A stretch of DNA of 64,000 bases, from NCBI GenBank assembly GCA_951406725.2, contig OX597816.1, positions 125,984,001 through 126,048,000 on the forward strand, written 5' to 3'. This DNA is from Octopus vulgaris. Its lineage: Eukaryota. The translations under genes were made by a program, and so were the position numbers. This document shows, one piece after another, positions 1-14,150 of the stretch (its first letter is position 1; the number at the start of each line of letters is the position of its first letter). The notes under the pieces were generated by a model that saw only the letters and a program-made list of their open reading frames with translations, did no database searches and was not told where the DNA came from.

Positions 1-271
1 CAACGGGAAGCTCCAATTACCATATCAAATAAAAAATAAGCTTTAACCTTTGAAACATGAAACCATTTGAGACTGCCTCTAAATATAAATGCATATATAA
101 ATGCAAACATCAATCACAATCTCATTACAGCATGATGGAATAACAAGAGCTAGTCAAAGACAGTATAATATGACAAATATAAAGTTACAAATATTTTATT
201 AAAACTCTGAAGTCTTGAGTGTTTTGAAAATTATCTGAAATACTTTGGTAATCAGCCGATTACAGTAATGG

Positions 272-460
272 TTATCATCATCATCATTTATGTTTCATTT
301 CTCGTGTTAATATGGGCTGGATGGCTCATCACAGTTCTTATTCAGGTCAAAAGACTAAATTTCATTCATACATTTTATTTTAGTATGGCATTATGGCAAG
401 ATGCCCTTCCTGATAGCAATGACTTTATAAAGTATAATGGTGCATTTTATTATGACTGAA
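272..460 (-). mobile_element. Decayed SINE fragment ((ATC)n-tailed family)
   Basis: atcatcatcatt...atgggctggatgg...gatgcccttcctgatagcaa; the same motif order recurs at 41572, 48557 and (reverse) 61380. Confidence 0.5.
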
Positions 461-1325
461 AACTCCTTTCAATGCTATCTACTCATTCACCAACCACTTC
501 ACAGAGTACTTGTGCATTTTATTGTGGTACCTGCATTAATAACATTGCCTCATAGTCAGCAAGAGAAAAGGGCCCTCGGGCTAAACTTCCTCTCCGGCTG
601 TTCAGGGTAATACAAATAACAGAGTGAGTGGAAGAGAGAATGATTGTAGATGAACTAGGTGAGAGAAGAGTGTAATGAAGTGGAGAAACAGACTGATTGG
701 GGTGACAGTGTGAAAAAGGAAGGAGAATTAGGAAATACAGTAGTAGGAGTGGGATGAAGGACACAATAATGGCAGGGTGTAAAGAGAAACCACTAACGAT
801 ATCTCTGGTTAAGGTACAGAATGAGTGATGGATAGTCAATAATGAGACTGAAAGTTAAGTGAAAACTTCTGATTTGTTGTTTTAACTTTCCACATCAACA
901 GTTAATACATCTAATCAATAATTATCTTATTATGAAAGTTCTGTTTCGCTGTTTCTAGTTTAACTGTAGATGTACATCAAATTATAAACCAGGCTTTACT
1001 GTGGCTTTAAGTAATTTTCTTCTGCAGGTAGACACCTAACATTTATAACCATTTGCTTTTTCCCTTTCTCAGTGCAGTTAAAGTCTTTCTGGTTGTTGTA
1101 TTCATCTTAAAGTGTTAGCTTTTGATTCTGACTCACTGATGCTATGCATTCTGGAGCTTTCCACTCTTTCCATCTTTGTCTCTCAATTGTGATCTTATAC
1201 CTTCTCTTTTTCTCTCATCTATCCCAACTTGTTCTTATCTTTCCTCTTCTTTTGGGTAATCACCAGTATACATTCATTCCTTTTTTAAAATCAAGGAATC
1301 AACATAAGTTTGATGGTGCCAATTA

Positions 1326-1925
1326 TTAGGTTGTTCCAAAAATAATGGCCAGTTTCAGAAACAAATTTTTTCTGGTAAAATTAACAATAGAAATGTTTTG
1401 ATTAATCAAAGTATGAGCCGTGAACATCTATGTATCTCTGCCATCGATCAACAAGATTATTTATGCCTCGTTGATAAAAGCTTATTGGCTTTGATGCTAA
1501 GAAATCTTTGAAAGCTGATTCCACCTCTGGTTTGGACTTGAAAGTTTTATCACTTAAAAACGTGTTTAAATGCTTAAAAATGGTAGTCAGAGGGTGAAAA
1601 ATCAGGAGAATATGGTAAAGTCTTGTATCCTAAGTCTGTGAGTTTCTGCAGCATCATTCTTGCAACATGTGACTTTGCATTATCGTGGAGCAGAATTGGG
1701 ACACACCAATTCACCAATGCAGGTCTCACTTTTTGCAAGTGAGTATGTATTTCAGCAAATTGATTGCAGTAAACATCTGCTGTAATGCTCTTGTTGGCTG
1801 TAATGGACAACACCAATTGCTGACCACCAGACATTCACTATAATCTTTTGCTGATGCAACTTTGGCTTTGGGAAATGTTTGGGAGACTCATTGCAATCAA
1901 GCCATTGACCTGATCATTTACAGTT
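1326..1925 (-). mobile_element. Mariner (Hsmar1/SETMAR-like DD34D) transposon relic: C-terminal transposase half plus one TIR
   Basis: Minus-strand translation gives QWLDCNESPKHFPKPKLHQQKIIVNVWWS, LLHDNAKSH and YSPDFSPSDYHF (mariner motifs). TA followed by TTAGGTTGTTCCAAAAATAATGGCC at 1324-1350 resembles the Hsmar1 TIR. Frameshifts are present. Confidence 0.9.
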
Positions 1926-2899
1926 ATGCATTAGGGTCAGTGTAATCAACTTAATCCCCTCCCCGAAGCTGTCCTTGTGGCAAAAATTTGAAATCATTAT
2001 TATTATTGAGAGCAAAAATTTCTAATTTGCTTATTCACCCTACCTATTCACAGTTAATATATCTAATTAATTGACTCATAAGAAATTATCTCCTTGAGTA
2101 GAAATGCTGAAGTGCAGGCAAGAGAATGCATGATGTATACAAGTGGTGAAGAATAAGGGTATAAATACTTCTGGGTGAGTAATAACAATAGTGTCCAGAG
2201 TTGGCATATCATTAGCATAGAAATAAATAATAAGGTAATTAAGACAGTCAGAATATGCAAACGAATAATTAAAATCAAGTCAAGTCATAAACGAGTGTGA
2301 CAGTTATGATCATTAACAGGACTGGCAGATGAACAGAAGGACCATGTATATGAGTACCTCCTGCAAGCTACATTGAGAACAAATGATGGTAGCTTTATTA
2401 TCAAAGCTGTGAAATTCATGGATAAGTTGAACAATATCAAGAGGGTCCACCTCGTAGATATGGGTATGGATTGAAAACTGAGTAAAGATCAAAGCTTCCT
2501 GAGTTCTCTGATGGAAATATCCTAACTATCTAGATTACAAATTTCAGGAAACCAACTAACCACTTGATCACCTACCAATGAGACAAATACACTAGCCGAA
2601 AAGACTTTAACTGTGCCAGGAAACAGTAAAGCAAATAACTGTAAACGTTATATTTTCTTATGAAGAAAGTACCATCCAACATAAATTACTGATTAGCAAT
2701 TTCAGAGTCAGAGAAATGGAATTAAAGAGAAGAAGCAATTTGTGGAAGGGAGACGTGGAAGCTGAAAAACTCAGAAAAGATTCATAGAAATTCTGGTTGA
2801 TGTGTATGACAGAAAAGTAAAGGCAGAATCTTATAACATACAAGAAAACTGGAAGTTTCTCCAAGAAATGCTAAGAAACAGTGAATTTGTGTGGCTTGC

Positions 2900-4780
2900 A
2901 AAGTCTTATCAAGCCAGTCACTAAGTGACGCAGTGATGAGGCAGTGCAGTAGCCATAGACTCTAAGAGACTAACTTAGAAAGAGCAGAAGAAAAGGAACA
3001 TTGAAAAAACACACCAAATATCTAGAAGTTAAACTTCATGTATACTTAGCATGGAGAAAGGTATAAAAAAAGAGGTTTGCATGTCATGAGACATGAGGAT
3101 CAGAGGCATTTAGTGTTTCGTATTGCTTAATAGTGCAGTAAAGATGTGTGTACAGAATGAAAAAGGTACACTAGCACTCAGTGAAGCCAAAAACAGGCCT
3201 AATGTGCTAATGCAAGAAGCTGTGGTATGTGGAGAATATATGAAATTCTACTCTATGTAGATCTAACAGAAGGACTAGCCATTAACATTGATAACAGCAT
3301 AATCAATAGAGTAATTAAAGATATAAAAATAAAAGTAGTTTATCCATCAGAGATATTTGCTGAAGTGCTTAAAAATATCTGACAAAACAGAGTATGACTG
3401 TGTCATTCACACAATCCATCAGGTAACACAGGAAATGACTGGCATTACAGTATATTTTAAGATGTTAAAAGAAAAAAGAAGCACTAAACAGAAGCAAAAC
3501 GATGCATCAAATTGTTGGCTCAAAATATAAGTTACAGAGAAATATTGCAAAATTGATAAGGAACAGGATTAATCTAGTTGAAATACAGCTCAGTTTAATG
3601 CATGGAAAAAGTGCCACTGATAAAATCAATCTAGTGCAACAAATGCAGAAGACGTAGTTAGTTCTGAGTAAAGGCCTCTAACAAGTATTTTTGGACTTGA
3701 AGGAGAAACCCTTAGACATTGTTCTCTCTCTCTGTGATTGCATGGTTGGACCATATAATCCATGTAAAAAGAGGGTTTATCAAAGCTCAGTTCCAGTCCT
3801 CTCCTGTTTATTGTAACCATCAAAGCTATAATAAAGGAGTTTAAGGGAGGCTATCAGTGAAAACTACCGTATGCTGAAGACTTAGTTCTTAAAGACAAAT
3901 CTCAAGAAAATAAATTCCTGACATGGAAATTAAACCTGAAATTAAAGGGTCTTAAGGTTAGGAAAGATTAAAGTTCTATTAAGGAGAAAAGACGACAAGA
4001 TCCTACTACTATCAGGTAAATTACAAGTTCAGAATGCAAGAAAAAGTAAGAAAAAATTCAAAACAGTAAATTGCATAATAGGTATAGTGAGATCACACCA
4101 GGCTAATAGAGAATGTAGTCATCATGAGTAGCTGGAGTACAAAAGCAATAAGTACAAAGAGAAACTGGGAAATAAATACTCATAAATGCCCCAGCAGTAA
4201 TAAGTTCTGTTACTCAGTTAACAGAGAAGGTGGGTATTTGAAAAGCATAGAACTGGAATAAGAACATGTTGAGAAAATTTTAGAGAGCCATTAGCTCAAT
4301 ATCAACAAAGAGTTCCTTTCTCTGAGTGAAGAACAAACTATATGATGCTCATGTGCATCTTGATGCAAGATACCAAGACATAGGCCTTGGAAGGAGAGGG
4401 TATGTAAAGAGCAGAATGAAATGAAGTGAGCATACTTTGCTGGACATGGTGTATTTGCCTGTCTGAATAAATATGGTATGAATGAGCTGAAAGAAAATCT
4501 GTACATATGAGGATTTAGATGTATGCATAAGAGACAGTTGTGTGGGTATATTCTTGTGATGCCTATGAAAACTGTCAACTTAATAGGGAAGTGTCAAGCA
4601 CTCAAAATGAATGAGAAGGAAGAGGGAGATTAATAGAGTCTTGGGAAAATGTGTTAAAAACTGACTTCAAGATATTGTAAATCACAAAGGTGATGAAGGC
4701 CAATGAATATTGACAACATGTGCTGTTGGAGGAGAGCGAATCACCAAGCAAACATGCCAAAATGTATATTAAAATGAGGA
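2900..4780 (+). mobile_element. Heavily decayed RTE-clade LINE relic
   Basis: Remnants of MHGKSATD (FMPGRSTTD-like, ~3598) and LPYAEDLVL (YADD-like, ~3864); many stops; ends approximate. Confidence 0.65.
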
Positions 4781-5927
4781 TAGTACTTGGAGCTGAGTTA
4801 GAAAATAACAGCAGCTAAGAGCTTCCAACCAGTCATATGACTGACTTCAAATAAGAACAAATCTACAATATGTGCATACATCATCAGATTCTACTTACAG
4901 TATTAGTAGAAAACATCTAGACACACAACATTGTAATCCAAAATGGATCAAAGAAAAATATTACAGTTGATACAATGCCTGAAAGATTACATGAAAACCA
5001 TCAAATTTATGCAAGATTGCACAAAACACTGACCCAACAATCAACAAATGAACAATCAAGGGTAAAAAATGCTCAGAATGATGAAGATACTTTTAACGAG
5101 ATAAGAGTGCAGGAACAAGAATTAAATTATTACACCCAAAGAAAATACATACAACACCTTTTATTGTTGAGTAAACTAGACACAAATGAAGAGAAACTAA
5201 GAAAATAATCATACAAATAGGCAAGATCAGAATTGGGAAAAATGGCAACAATTGAGAAAAAATTGGTCAAGAGTATCAGTTGCCATATATGGTTGAATGA
5301 TGCCTGATGTTTAATGGAACACCTGGATACACAAAAGTAAACATTGTCAGCCAGTTTAGAAACAGGTGAAATAATTATACAACAAAATCAAGTTGAATGT
5401 TTAGTAATTAAAAGGGATGAAAAATGTAAAATTCTTTGAATAAAGCAGATGCTTAACAAATACCAACAAATCATAAATATAACTAACCAACAATAACACT
5501 CTAAGCAATAAAGTTCTTCATCTAGATGAAACAGCTAGTAAGAATTATTTGATGATTATGTCCCTGTATGACAATAGTCAGCTGGATGAAATCAGTAAAA
5601 GAGTTAAAATGAAAGAAAGATGTACCTAAAGAAAATAGAATAGTTACAAACATTAACAAGAGGCAGCTTCAAAAGCCTGATAATATAAGATACTGTAACT
5701 AGAAATATGAAAATGATGAGAATGAAAGGAAAAGAATAGGAATTGTGAATCCTTTGGGATCAAAGTCACACTCTTTTTAAAGGGGGCTATAATTGATTAA
5801 CTTGAACACAGTTAACTGTTACTTTCTTTTAACTGACTCAAGGAAGAATGAGAGTAACACTGGTTTCAGCAGGCTGAAAATTCAGAATGTAAAAGGATTT
5901 AAGAAAAGTACATAATCCAGCACTCAC

Positions 5928-6021
5928 TCCTTCAGTTCTAATATTCACCACCCTCTTAATAATAATTTTTCCTTTATATACTAATTGATAATCTTTCAAA
6001 ATATTTTCCATATAAAACAAT
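5928..6021 (-). CDS. Candidate downstream exon of segment B (xLFYMENILKDYQLVYKGKIIIKRVVNIRTEG)
   Basis: ag|A..GGA|gtgagt, phase 2->0, open; phase-compatible with 6255-6291; weak pyrimidine tract. Confidence 0.3.
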
Positions 6022-6254
6022 CTACTTATGCTAAGAATTTTAATAATACTATATATACTTCTCTATAAACTTATAGTGACAATAATATTACTAAGAAAAT
6101 GCACATAAATTTTTTAAAATTGAATAAAAAATTTTCAAGTGCATTTCTTTAATTGAGTGTTATTTTCAAGTTTAATTTAATGAAGATATTATAACATATT
6201 TTCATTGTTATTCTTCTTTCCATACAAAGCTATTGTAGCAATTCCAGTTCTCAC

Positions 6255-6291
6255 CTCAATTCAGATTTTACTACTTTGAATGTAACATCAT
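6255..6291 (-). CDS. Candidate 37-nt exon of segment B (xDVTFKVVKSELx)
   Basis: attttatgtag|ATG..GAG|gtgaga, phase 1->2, open; compatible with the phase-1 end of exon 23914-23988. Confidence 0.35.
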
Positions 6292-7363
6292 CTACATAAA
6301 ATTATCAAATATTTCAATTTTCCTTGCATGTATTTATGCTAAGGATATGTATATGAAGAAGTAATGAAACTGATTATTTAAAAAAACATAATTGAGAGAA
6401 TCAAGGTAGCTTATCTAATAATCCAGTGTTATAATGAAATTATGAAAGCCATTTCTTAAGCATAAGAAAATATTAGAAACTTTTTCACATTTTCACTGAC
6501 TAATAATGGTCTGTAAGAAGGAACATTTATTTGCTTTTATTTTGAGAGAATCACCAAATCATAAAGAAGAAAGCAGATGCTAGGAGAGGTTGATAAACTG
6601 ACTATTGTTTGATCATAGATAAAGATTTGAAATTCTTGCACATAACAGATTGTTATGCTCATAGGAAATGAAAGAAAAGAAAGAAAACAACTTTACAATG
6701 TTTACTATGTCTATAGTATTGTTTAAGATAAGCATGAGACTAAATTTTGAGAACTATTCTTGTGAGAAACAAAACAACAAAACAGGAACAAAAAAAAGGG
6801 AATAAAAGAAAGAAATTAACTTGATTGTAACTTTATAGGAAATATAAATCTTAAGAAACTTACGTTATTTTAATGTTCTACAACCAAAAGACAAATTATA
6901 AATAACATTCACTGGTTTGAGACAGATGTTTGCTTGACCCTTTGCAATCAGCCATCCATCATCATATAATCAATTCTATTGAATTTAGATGAAGAAATGG
7001 ATGATTTCATCTCCCTTCTTGACATCTGAACAATAACTATGAATAGGAATTAAAATTGAAAGTTTTATTAAAAGACAATGCAATGCCAGTGACATCATAA
7101 ATCAGGGAAGTCAAACTTGTTTGGGTTTGTGGTTTGGACTGAACTCAGAACTAGATCTCATGGGTGAGATAGAGATTATTACTCCCCAAAGCCTTATTTG
7201 TAATGTATCACCAATGTAAGTGGATAAAGGGGTCAATATACATTAAAAATTTATCAACAGTAAAGAACAGAATATGAGGAGTTAGCAAAGTTTGTGTGTA
7301 CAGTTTCTGGGAAAATTACATCTATATGGCATACATGCAGTCCTATGAAATAAGAGATCTTAC

Positions 7364-8144
7364 AGTTATCCAAATGAATGCATAGATGAAACTTTCATAT
7401 AAACAATATGAAGTGCTGTAGTTTTATAAATGATACAAAAGAATAACAGTTTCATTCTTCTGCTTAAAAGACTAAGTACAATAATCACTACACTATGAAA
7501 GCATTAATATTATATTCAAAGACAAATGCTTGATATAAAATTTGCACTGTCTCAGCTGCAAAATCCATTCAGTATTATTCATATTTCTAGAATCCATTCA
7601 AATGAACATATGCATAAATTTGAAGGGAAAAAATCTTGCTTGGCTTGGTTTTTATAGACAAAGTGAGGCGGAAATAGGTCACGTCTTTTGGTATATGGAT
7701 TCAGAAGTTTCTTTTTTCATATTGTTTGAGATAAAAAGATTTCTAAAGGTGCACTTATTTAACTAATTAGAACTGAAATTAATCACAAGTTTAGTGAAGC
7801 AGTGACTCAGAATGCATGCTAGTGATATATATTTTACAGAATATTTTTAATATGAAAAATATCTTAATTTATTAAATTGAGCTAGAGACCACACAAAACA
7901 TTGCTGCATATATATCACAAGCTATATGTTTCACATCCATATTATAAACAAATGCAGCTAGTTTTGCCCCCCCCCCCCGCCCTCGTCTCTCTCTAGTTAT
8001 TAAATTGGATATAATAGATGAGACTTTCACATAAACAATATGAATTGTGATACTTTTGCAAATGATACAAAAGAGCAACAATTTCTCCAGTTTAAAAACA
8101 AGTACAATAACCACTGCACTATGAAAAACTAATATACATTCAAA
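7364..8144. repeat. Old diverged direct duplication (~150 bp; 7364-7520 vs 7995-8144)
   Basis: Shared blocks atagatga-actttca-ataaacaatatgaa, aaatgatacaaaaga and aagtacaataa-cact-cactatgaaa. Confidence 0.75.
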
Positions 8145-9840
8145 TTCAGCATACAAGCATTTATTTTAACTTACTTAGAATTGAATGAATATAACAATTC
8201 ATTTACTCAATAAACAAACTCCACAAGGGTTAGATGCTATCTCTTACTACGGTCGAACAATGATGATGATCTCTTACTGTTTTAATATTCAATGTTTAGA
8301 CAAGAATTGCATTGTTATTTAATGTACAGATGAAAATTGATTTCAAGAAACATAACAAAGAAGTGTGTTGTTTGATTCCTTGAGGGAAAGCCAGATTTTT
8401 TTGCCTGAATGTAACTTATCTATTCCTACTTTGTATTTAAATCTTTCTGCAATTACCTTGTAAACCAAGTCAAATTTCAACGAAGAAATTTGGTCAAAAG
8501 GTTGGCATGCCATATTATTGTGATGGTTGCGTAAATTACAAGATTAGCAGTTTTGAATTTGCTTCAATTATATGGCATCATAAACAACGTTTTACTAGAA
8601 TAGCTCATCAGAAAATCTAGAGTTTTAGAAGTTATATTAATGACCACTGAATAGAGACAGGTTCTTAATGACAGTTTCTATCATCTTTGACATTTAAGAA
8701 ATCAAATCAATACAGCAGCAGCTAATGGGAGCAGAAGGATCATAATTGTGTACCATTATACATTTCTAAACAGATGCCCAGGAATATAAGAGTAGTTGTG
8801 ACTTTGAGTCACAGTTAATGTGAAAATAAGCTTGTAAATAATGTTAAGAGAAAAAAATCTGCTAATTTATTTAATAGCTGGGAAAATTAAGGAGGGGAAA
8901 AGTGGAATTTAAACTAAATAAGATACCTGGTATTGAAACACAGAAAGTGTTGTTGAGTGGTTCCAGTTTAACTCTGATCTTATTACAATGGGGTAAGCTA
9001 ACTATAAGCAATGTGCATTTTCTTCGGGTATACTATATATCTCTTTAGGTGAGAACCATCAATACACTATAATACGCAGTGATGAAACATATAGAGTGCA
9101 ATGTAACAGTCAGAAGATGTTAACTTGTCACTTTTCTGTTTATTTTTGAATGTTACAGGATCTGGCTGGATACAGATGTGGGCAAGATGAACTGATGAAC
9201 TTAGAACACCAAAGCAGCATCTCTTCTACATCTACAATTCAATATGTGCTTCCCACTACAATGTTTGTGGTTAATAGGGTACTAATGCTACATCCATTTC
9301 TGTGTGTGTGTGTTTTTGTGATTGCTTAAAGTAAACAGTGAAATGGTGATTTTTATGGTAGTATTGCAGTAGTTTTCAGAGGTGCTGTGGATATACTGGT
9401 GGAAGTTAAGTGATTTTTGCAAGTAATAACAGTTTGGAGTTTGTTTTCTAGTTTTGTTTCATTGGTATTCATTGTTCAGTGGTTTATAAGTATGGTTTAT
9501 GTACAAATGGTGATGGTGTAAAGTAAACTATTTGTGCCATTTTCACTTTATTGTGATTTGTTGTAAGATGACTAGAGACCCAAACAGTGGCATAATCCAT
9601 TATGGAACCAATGCATTGCTTGTTAGTCAAATGTGGGTCCTAATTATGTATGCACATGTCTGTAGGTTTTGCTTTCTTTATAACTTCATCCACACAATTT
9701 TGTCATTTTCATATATTATATATGGCTTTAGATGTAATGGTGTCTCTTGTTTTAGAAGAGACAACACAGCTTATATGCCAAAAGCTACTTAAATCATGTT
9801 TTGCACCATGTTTCTTGGTGGCTGAAGTATAGTAGAAAGA

Positions 9841-9853
9841 TGTGTGTGCATGC

Positions 9854-9899
<46 letters not shown>
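9841..9899. repeat. Compound (GT)n(GA)n microsatellite
   Basis: Directly visible. Confidence 0.95.
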
Positions 9900-9901
<2 letters not shown>

Positions 9902-10706
9902 TTATCTGCATATGAGGTTGTGTTTATGCTTGGAGTGGGTGTAGGAAGGTGATATAAATATATGTTGAAAAGGGTGGATATGACAAAAACCCTTGCATTC
10001 CATGAGGCAAGTCCTGATCAGCTGAGAGGTTGTGTGTTAACTGATGCATTGTATTGTCTCTTATGTAAATGTACAGTATTGTATGCATTATTAGATAGCA
10101 AGGAACAGTAAACAACTTTGCTAGTCTTAATGATAGCTTGTGTGAGAGATTTTTTGTTGTTGAAGCTGCCACATGTCTGCCTTTTTATTATATTCATCAG
10201 AGGTATAGTTGGTCTAAATCTGTTGCACGATTGATCTGGGGGAAGATAATGAATGGTTATGACCAGCCCTTCTAGAATTTCTAATGGCATGTATATATAG
10301 ATGATGGTTCTGCAACATGCTTTACTTGGATTTTTTGATACATATGATTTTGCCGATCTTACAGATACTTGGAACTTGACAATGTTTGTCAGGTAATTAA
10401 GTGAGCAGAGCACTAGGTGATGTCTTTATTGGTGTTGCTAAGAGTCAATCAAGTTGATAATATAAATTGACTAAATTTATTTAATTTAATGGGATTACAT
10501 ATGACTACATTCACGTCAAAGTGTCAATGACTATGATATTCCTGTAATAAATAAGTTAGAGTAACAATCAAATGAAAGAGAGCTGATGAAAGTGGCTTAC
10601 TATCTAAAACTGTAAGGTACTTGTGAGTTGGATAGATCTAAAATGAATTGCCAATATAGAAGTTCCCAGTTTGTAACTTAGATTAAGATACTAGTTGCTT
10701 CTTTAA

Positions 10707-11791
10707 CCCTTTCGATACCAAACCGCCCAAAGCCGCCCCAAAAAAATTTTGGTTAATGTGACCAAACCGACCAAACCTGCCCGAATTTACCTATTCATAT
10801 TTAAATGAGAATATCAGAGCAAATCTCTTTAGTACATTCGTGAAAACACGTATTATACTTCGTAAACAGTTCAACTACAGTTTTGTACAACAATCGAAGT
10901 GTAATTTTAATTCCGTGAATTTTGGGAGATTTTTTTCCGAAATTTGTTCCTATTGTGTTTTCAAATTTTGTAATTCTGACAAAAAATGGATACAAATTTC
11001 ATTATATCAAGCAGCGAGTCAGAATTCGAAGGATTTTCTACTGAAGACCTTCATAAATCTAACTCTATGACTGAAAAAAAAAAGCATGTGGTATTTGATA
11101 ATGAATCTGATGTTTCATTTTCCAAAAGTGAAAACAGTGAATCCGAGAGCCGACAGCGATAAAGAAAATGAATTGGCACCTGAATGGAGTGAAAATTTAA
11201 AAACTGTTTCTTTCAGTGATTTTTCTGAAGAAACTGGACCAAGCCACAGACTTTCCCAGAAGAGTAAAGCCTTAGACTATTTCTTTTTACTTTTTCGAAT
11301 GAGCCTATTTGAAATCATTACGGCGGAAACGAACCGTTACGCTAAACGTAAACAAAGCGAAAGAAAGGATAGTTTGTTATTTCCCACAACCTTAAATGAA
11401 ATTAAGGCTTATTTTGCCATAAATATTATTATGGGTATCAGAAAGTTACCCAGAATAACAAATTCTATCGTAAAATTTTGTTGTATACCCAATTGAATAT
11501 TAGCTAATAACCCATGTTCTATAGCGATGTTTGAACAAAATTTTAATAATTTCATATTTTATTGAATTTACCTGTATCTACCTGCAATTAGAGTCACTTT
11601 GTGACAAAAATTATAGTATAGAATTGGTTGAGAACATTTCATTGAATTATCTTCCAAAATTCACGTTAATATATTGATAAATAAAAAAGTTATTGTTGTT
11701 TAATGAAACCAGACTAAATTTATGATTACGTTAAAAATTAATTGAAACACATAAGTGGTGTATTTTGGTCAGAAATATAGTAACGAAAGGG
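10707..11791 (+). mobile_element. Internally deleted piggyBac-superfamily element with both TIRs and TTAA target duplication
   Basis: TTAA|CCCTTTCGATAC ... GTAACGAAAGGG|TTAA. Transposase N-terminus MDTNFIISSSESEFEGFS (ATG 10987) frameshifts into DYFFLLF..IITAETNRYA..TTLNEIKAYFAINIIMGIRKLP (PGBD-type). The catalytic DDD region is absent. Confidence 0.92.
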
Positions 11792-13588
11792 TTAAATAAA
11801 TGATTTTGTTATGGCTAACCACTGACATAGAATAAAGACACTCTAACTACAAATTATAGAATTCCTCCTTGAATAGGATTTCTTGCCCCTTCCTAGAAGT
11901 ATGAAATGACATTTTAAGGGCAGTAGCAAAGAACATGTATACTGCAAATAACTGTTATATTAAAAGCACCAAAAGCTTTATACCAAAAAAATTTATATAG
12001 TAAGATTTAATCCTTAGGTTGCAGATTACACCAACTGTTGATCTACTAAATATCATATCATATGAATATCATTTATTGAAAATAAGAATGGAAAATGCTA
12101 ATTGGCAACAGTAGACTATCTTTTGAAACAAAAATATGTTCAATTCTTGCTTCACCAGTGAGCCTTAGTGATATTGTTTTACAACACCCAGGTTGTGTCC
12201 TGATCAATGTCATTTTGACATTTTTATAGATAATTTTAGTGAGGTAAGGTGCTTAAATTTCAGTACATTTGATGAGAATAGTTAGAGCTTAAACAAATTT
12301 AAATATTTCATAGACAGGTTTAAAAAATTAAAACATTTGTTGCAGGCTCAAATATTTAATTCTTTTGGTTTATTTTGTCAGGTTTTTGCTAACTTAGATG
12401 CTGGAGTATAATCTTGTGATACAAAATATTCTACCAACTATGATTGTGATTTACATATTATTTTTGAATTAATTTGTATGTATTATTTCAAACAATCAAC
12501 TAAACTGCCACAGAGCAATAAACAATTTTTGTTTTATCTTTACAAAAAAAGCAAGGAAAATTAGTTCGTGATTTTTGCTTCAAATACATTTGAAGCAAAT
12601 TATATTGCAATTACAGATGAATGGTTGAAATAGTAAATGAACGAAAAGAATCAAAAACCTGAACACATCAGCTGAGTTGCAGAGAACATGAGGTAATGAG
12701 TGAAATACAGAATAAATGTACAATTTATGAATGTATGAATAACAGTTTATATGTTGGCATGTATATGTTTCTCTATGATGTGTGTATTCACTGCATTTGT
12801 ATGTTTGGTGTATCTTAAAGTGAAGAAAATGCTAAGGTTTATGTAAGAAAAAGAAAGCATATGAGTGAGTAGGAGAGAGAAATTGTGACACCTTAAAACA
12901 AGACTGAGACTAGCTGAAGCCAGCCTAACAGCTGAGAATATTTCACTGACTGTGTCATCTGAAACACAGACTGAGACACTTGGAAAGTGTTTGCTAGGTA
13001 CAAGACTACACAAGGGGAGCAGAAGTTCTGCTTTTCTATTGAGGATTATTGAATAAAAATATCTTTTGATTATCTAATGACCTCTTTTAGATCAAAATGT
13101 AATAAAAATGATAGAGTAATAGAATTGTATGGAAAAGTAACCAATAGAAGTCACCATGTGAAATATTTTTAGCATCTAAATCAGTAGGGTGACTGAGAGT
13201 TAGATGGGAGACTTATAAGAAATTTCTGATATAAAAATTCCTTGTAACTTGCTTCTTTAAATAAATGACTTTGTTCATGGCTAAGGCTAAAGCAATTTTT
13301 ATATGGCTCAAGTAGATCAAAGGATCATAGAAGGGTCAAATTACTTTTACCATGTATTTTGCTTGTGTATATAAAAGGACTGGCAAGATAAATACTGTGT
13401 GCAGGTCTGAAATCACAAATGCCAACTTCAAATCCTGGCCAGCTACAGGTCTGTTTTATATCACACTATACGTCATTTGAATTTTATTATATTTTTCTTG
13501 TTTCTTTGTTTTCTCCTAACATAAAGCTTGTCAAAATGGGTTCTATTAATAGGTAAATTAGTTGAAATTTTCTCTTTCTACTTCACAG

Positions 13589-14150
13589 ATTCATTCTTCA
13601 TCATGTCAAAAACAAAACAACAACAATGAGAAAGAAATCGAGAAAAAAATGACTATAATGTGCTTTGGCTTCATTTGCACAACAGGAAATGATGGCTAGC
13701 AAAATCTCCAGTGTATTCTTGGTATCACTTGATTTTCTAAAAAAATATCTAGAGCTATTCCTACTTCAAAAGCACTCCAAGAACAAAGGATGGCAGAGCT
13801 GATGCTGAAGAACAAATGATGGGTCACTGAAAGTCAAAAATACTCATTTCCATTCTAGAAGAATTCATCCAAAGCTGGATTTCATTTCTGCTGAAAAACT
13901 ACATTTTGATTCTTACTAAGTGGCATATTAGGTGATCAAGATACACCACACAATGGCAGACCTCAAGCCAAGCACGTTGAAAATGGGAACTATTGACCTA
14001 GGTCAAAGAATAAGAACAAAACCAAAACAAATGCTTCTATCAATAAGTGTTATTAACAACCAGCATCAGTGAGTTGAGTGAAAATATTTTGGGCAAAGAC
14101 AGCTCAAATGACAGAGATAGCCTTCTAAACATCTCTTTTCAAATGGATGC
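13589..14150 (+). pseudogene. Possible decayed or non-coding exon on the + strand, antisense to segment B's intron
   Basis: Strong acceptor tttctctttctacttcacag|, then coding-like composition broken by stops (e.g. GDQDTPHNGRPQAKHVENGNY*). Confidence 0.25.

Noticed and set aside
519-839. Hydrophobic ORFs here and at 45350-45694, 56251-56454 and 62238-62555
   Set aside because: Arise from CT/GA-rich low-complexity tracts; no splice or domain support
4860-5760. A-rich coding-like block including ORF 4975-5208
   Set aside because: No recognisable motif; probably very old retroelement debris and cannot be classified
6864-7025. AG..GT-bounded exon-like block on the minus strand
   Set aside because: Stop codons in all three frames; at most a non-coding or poison exon
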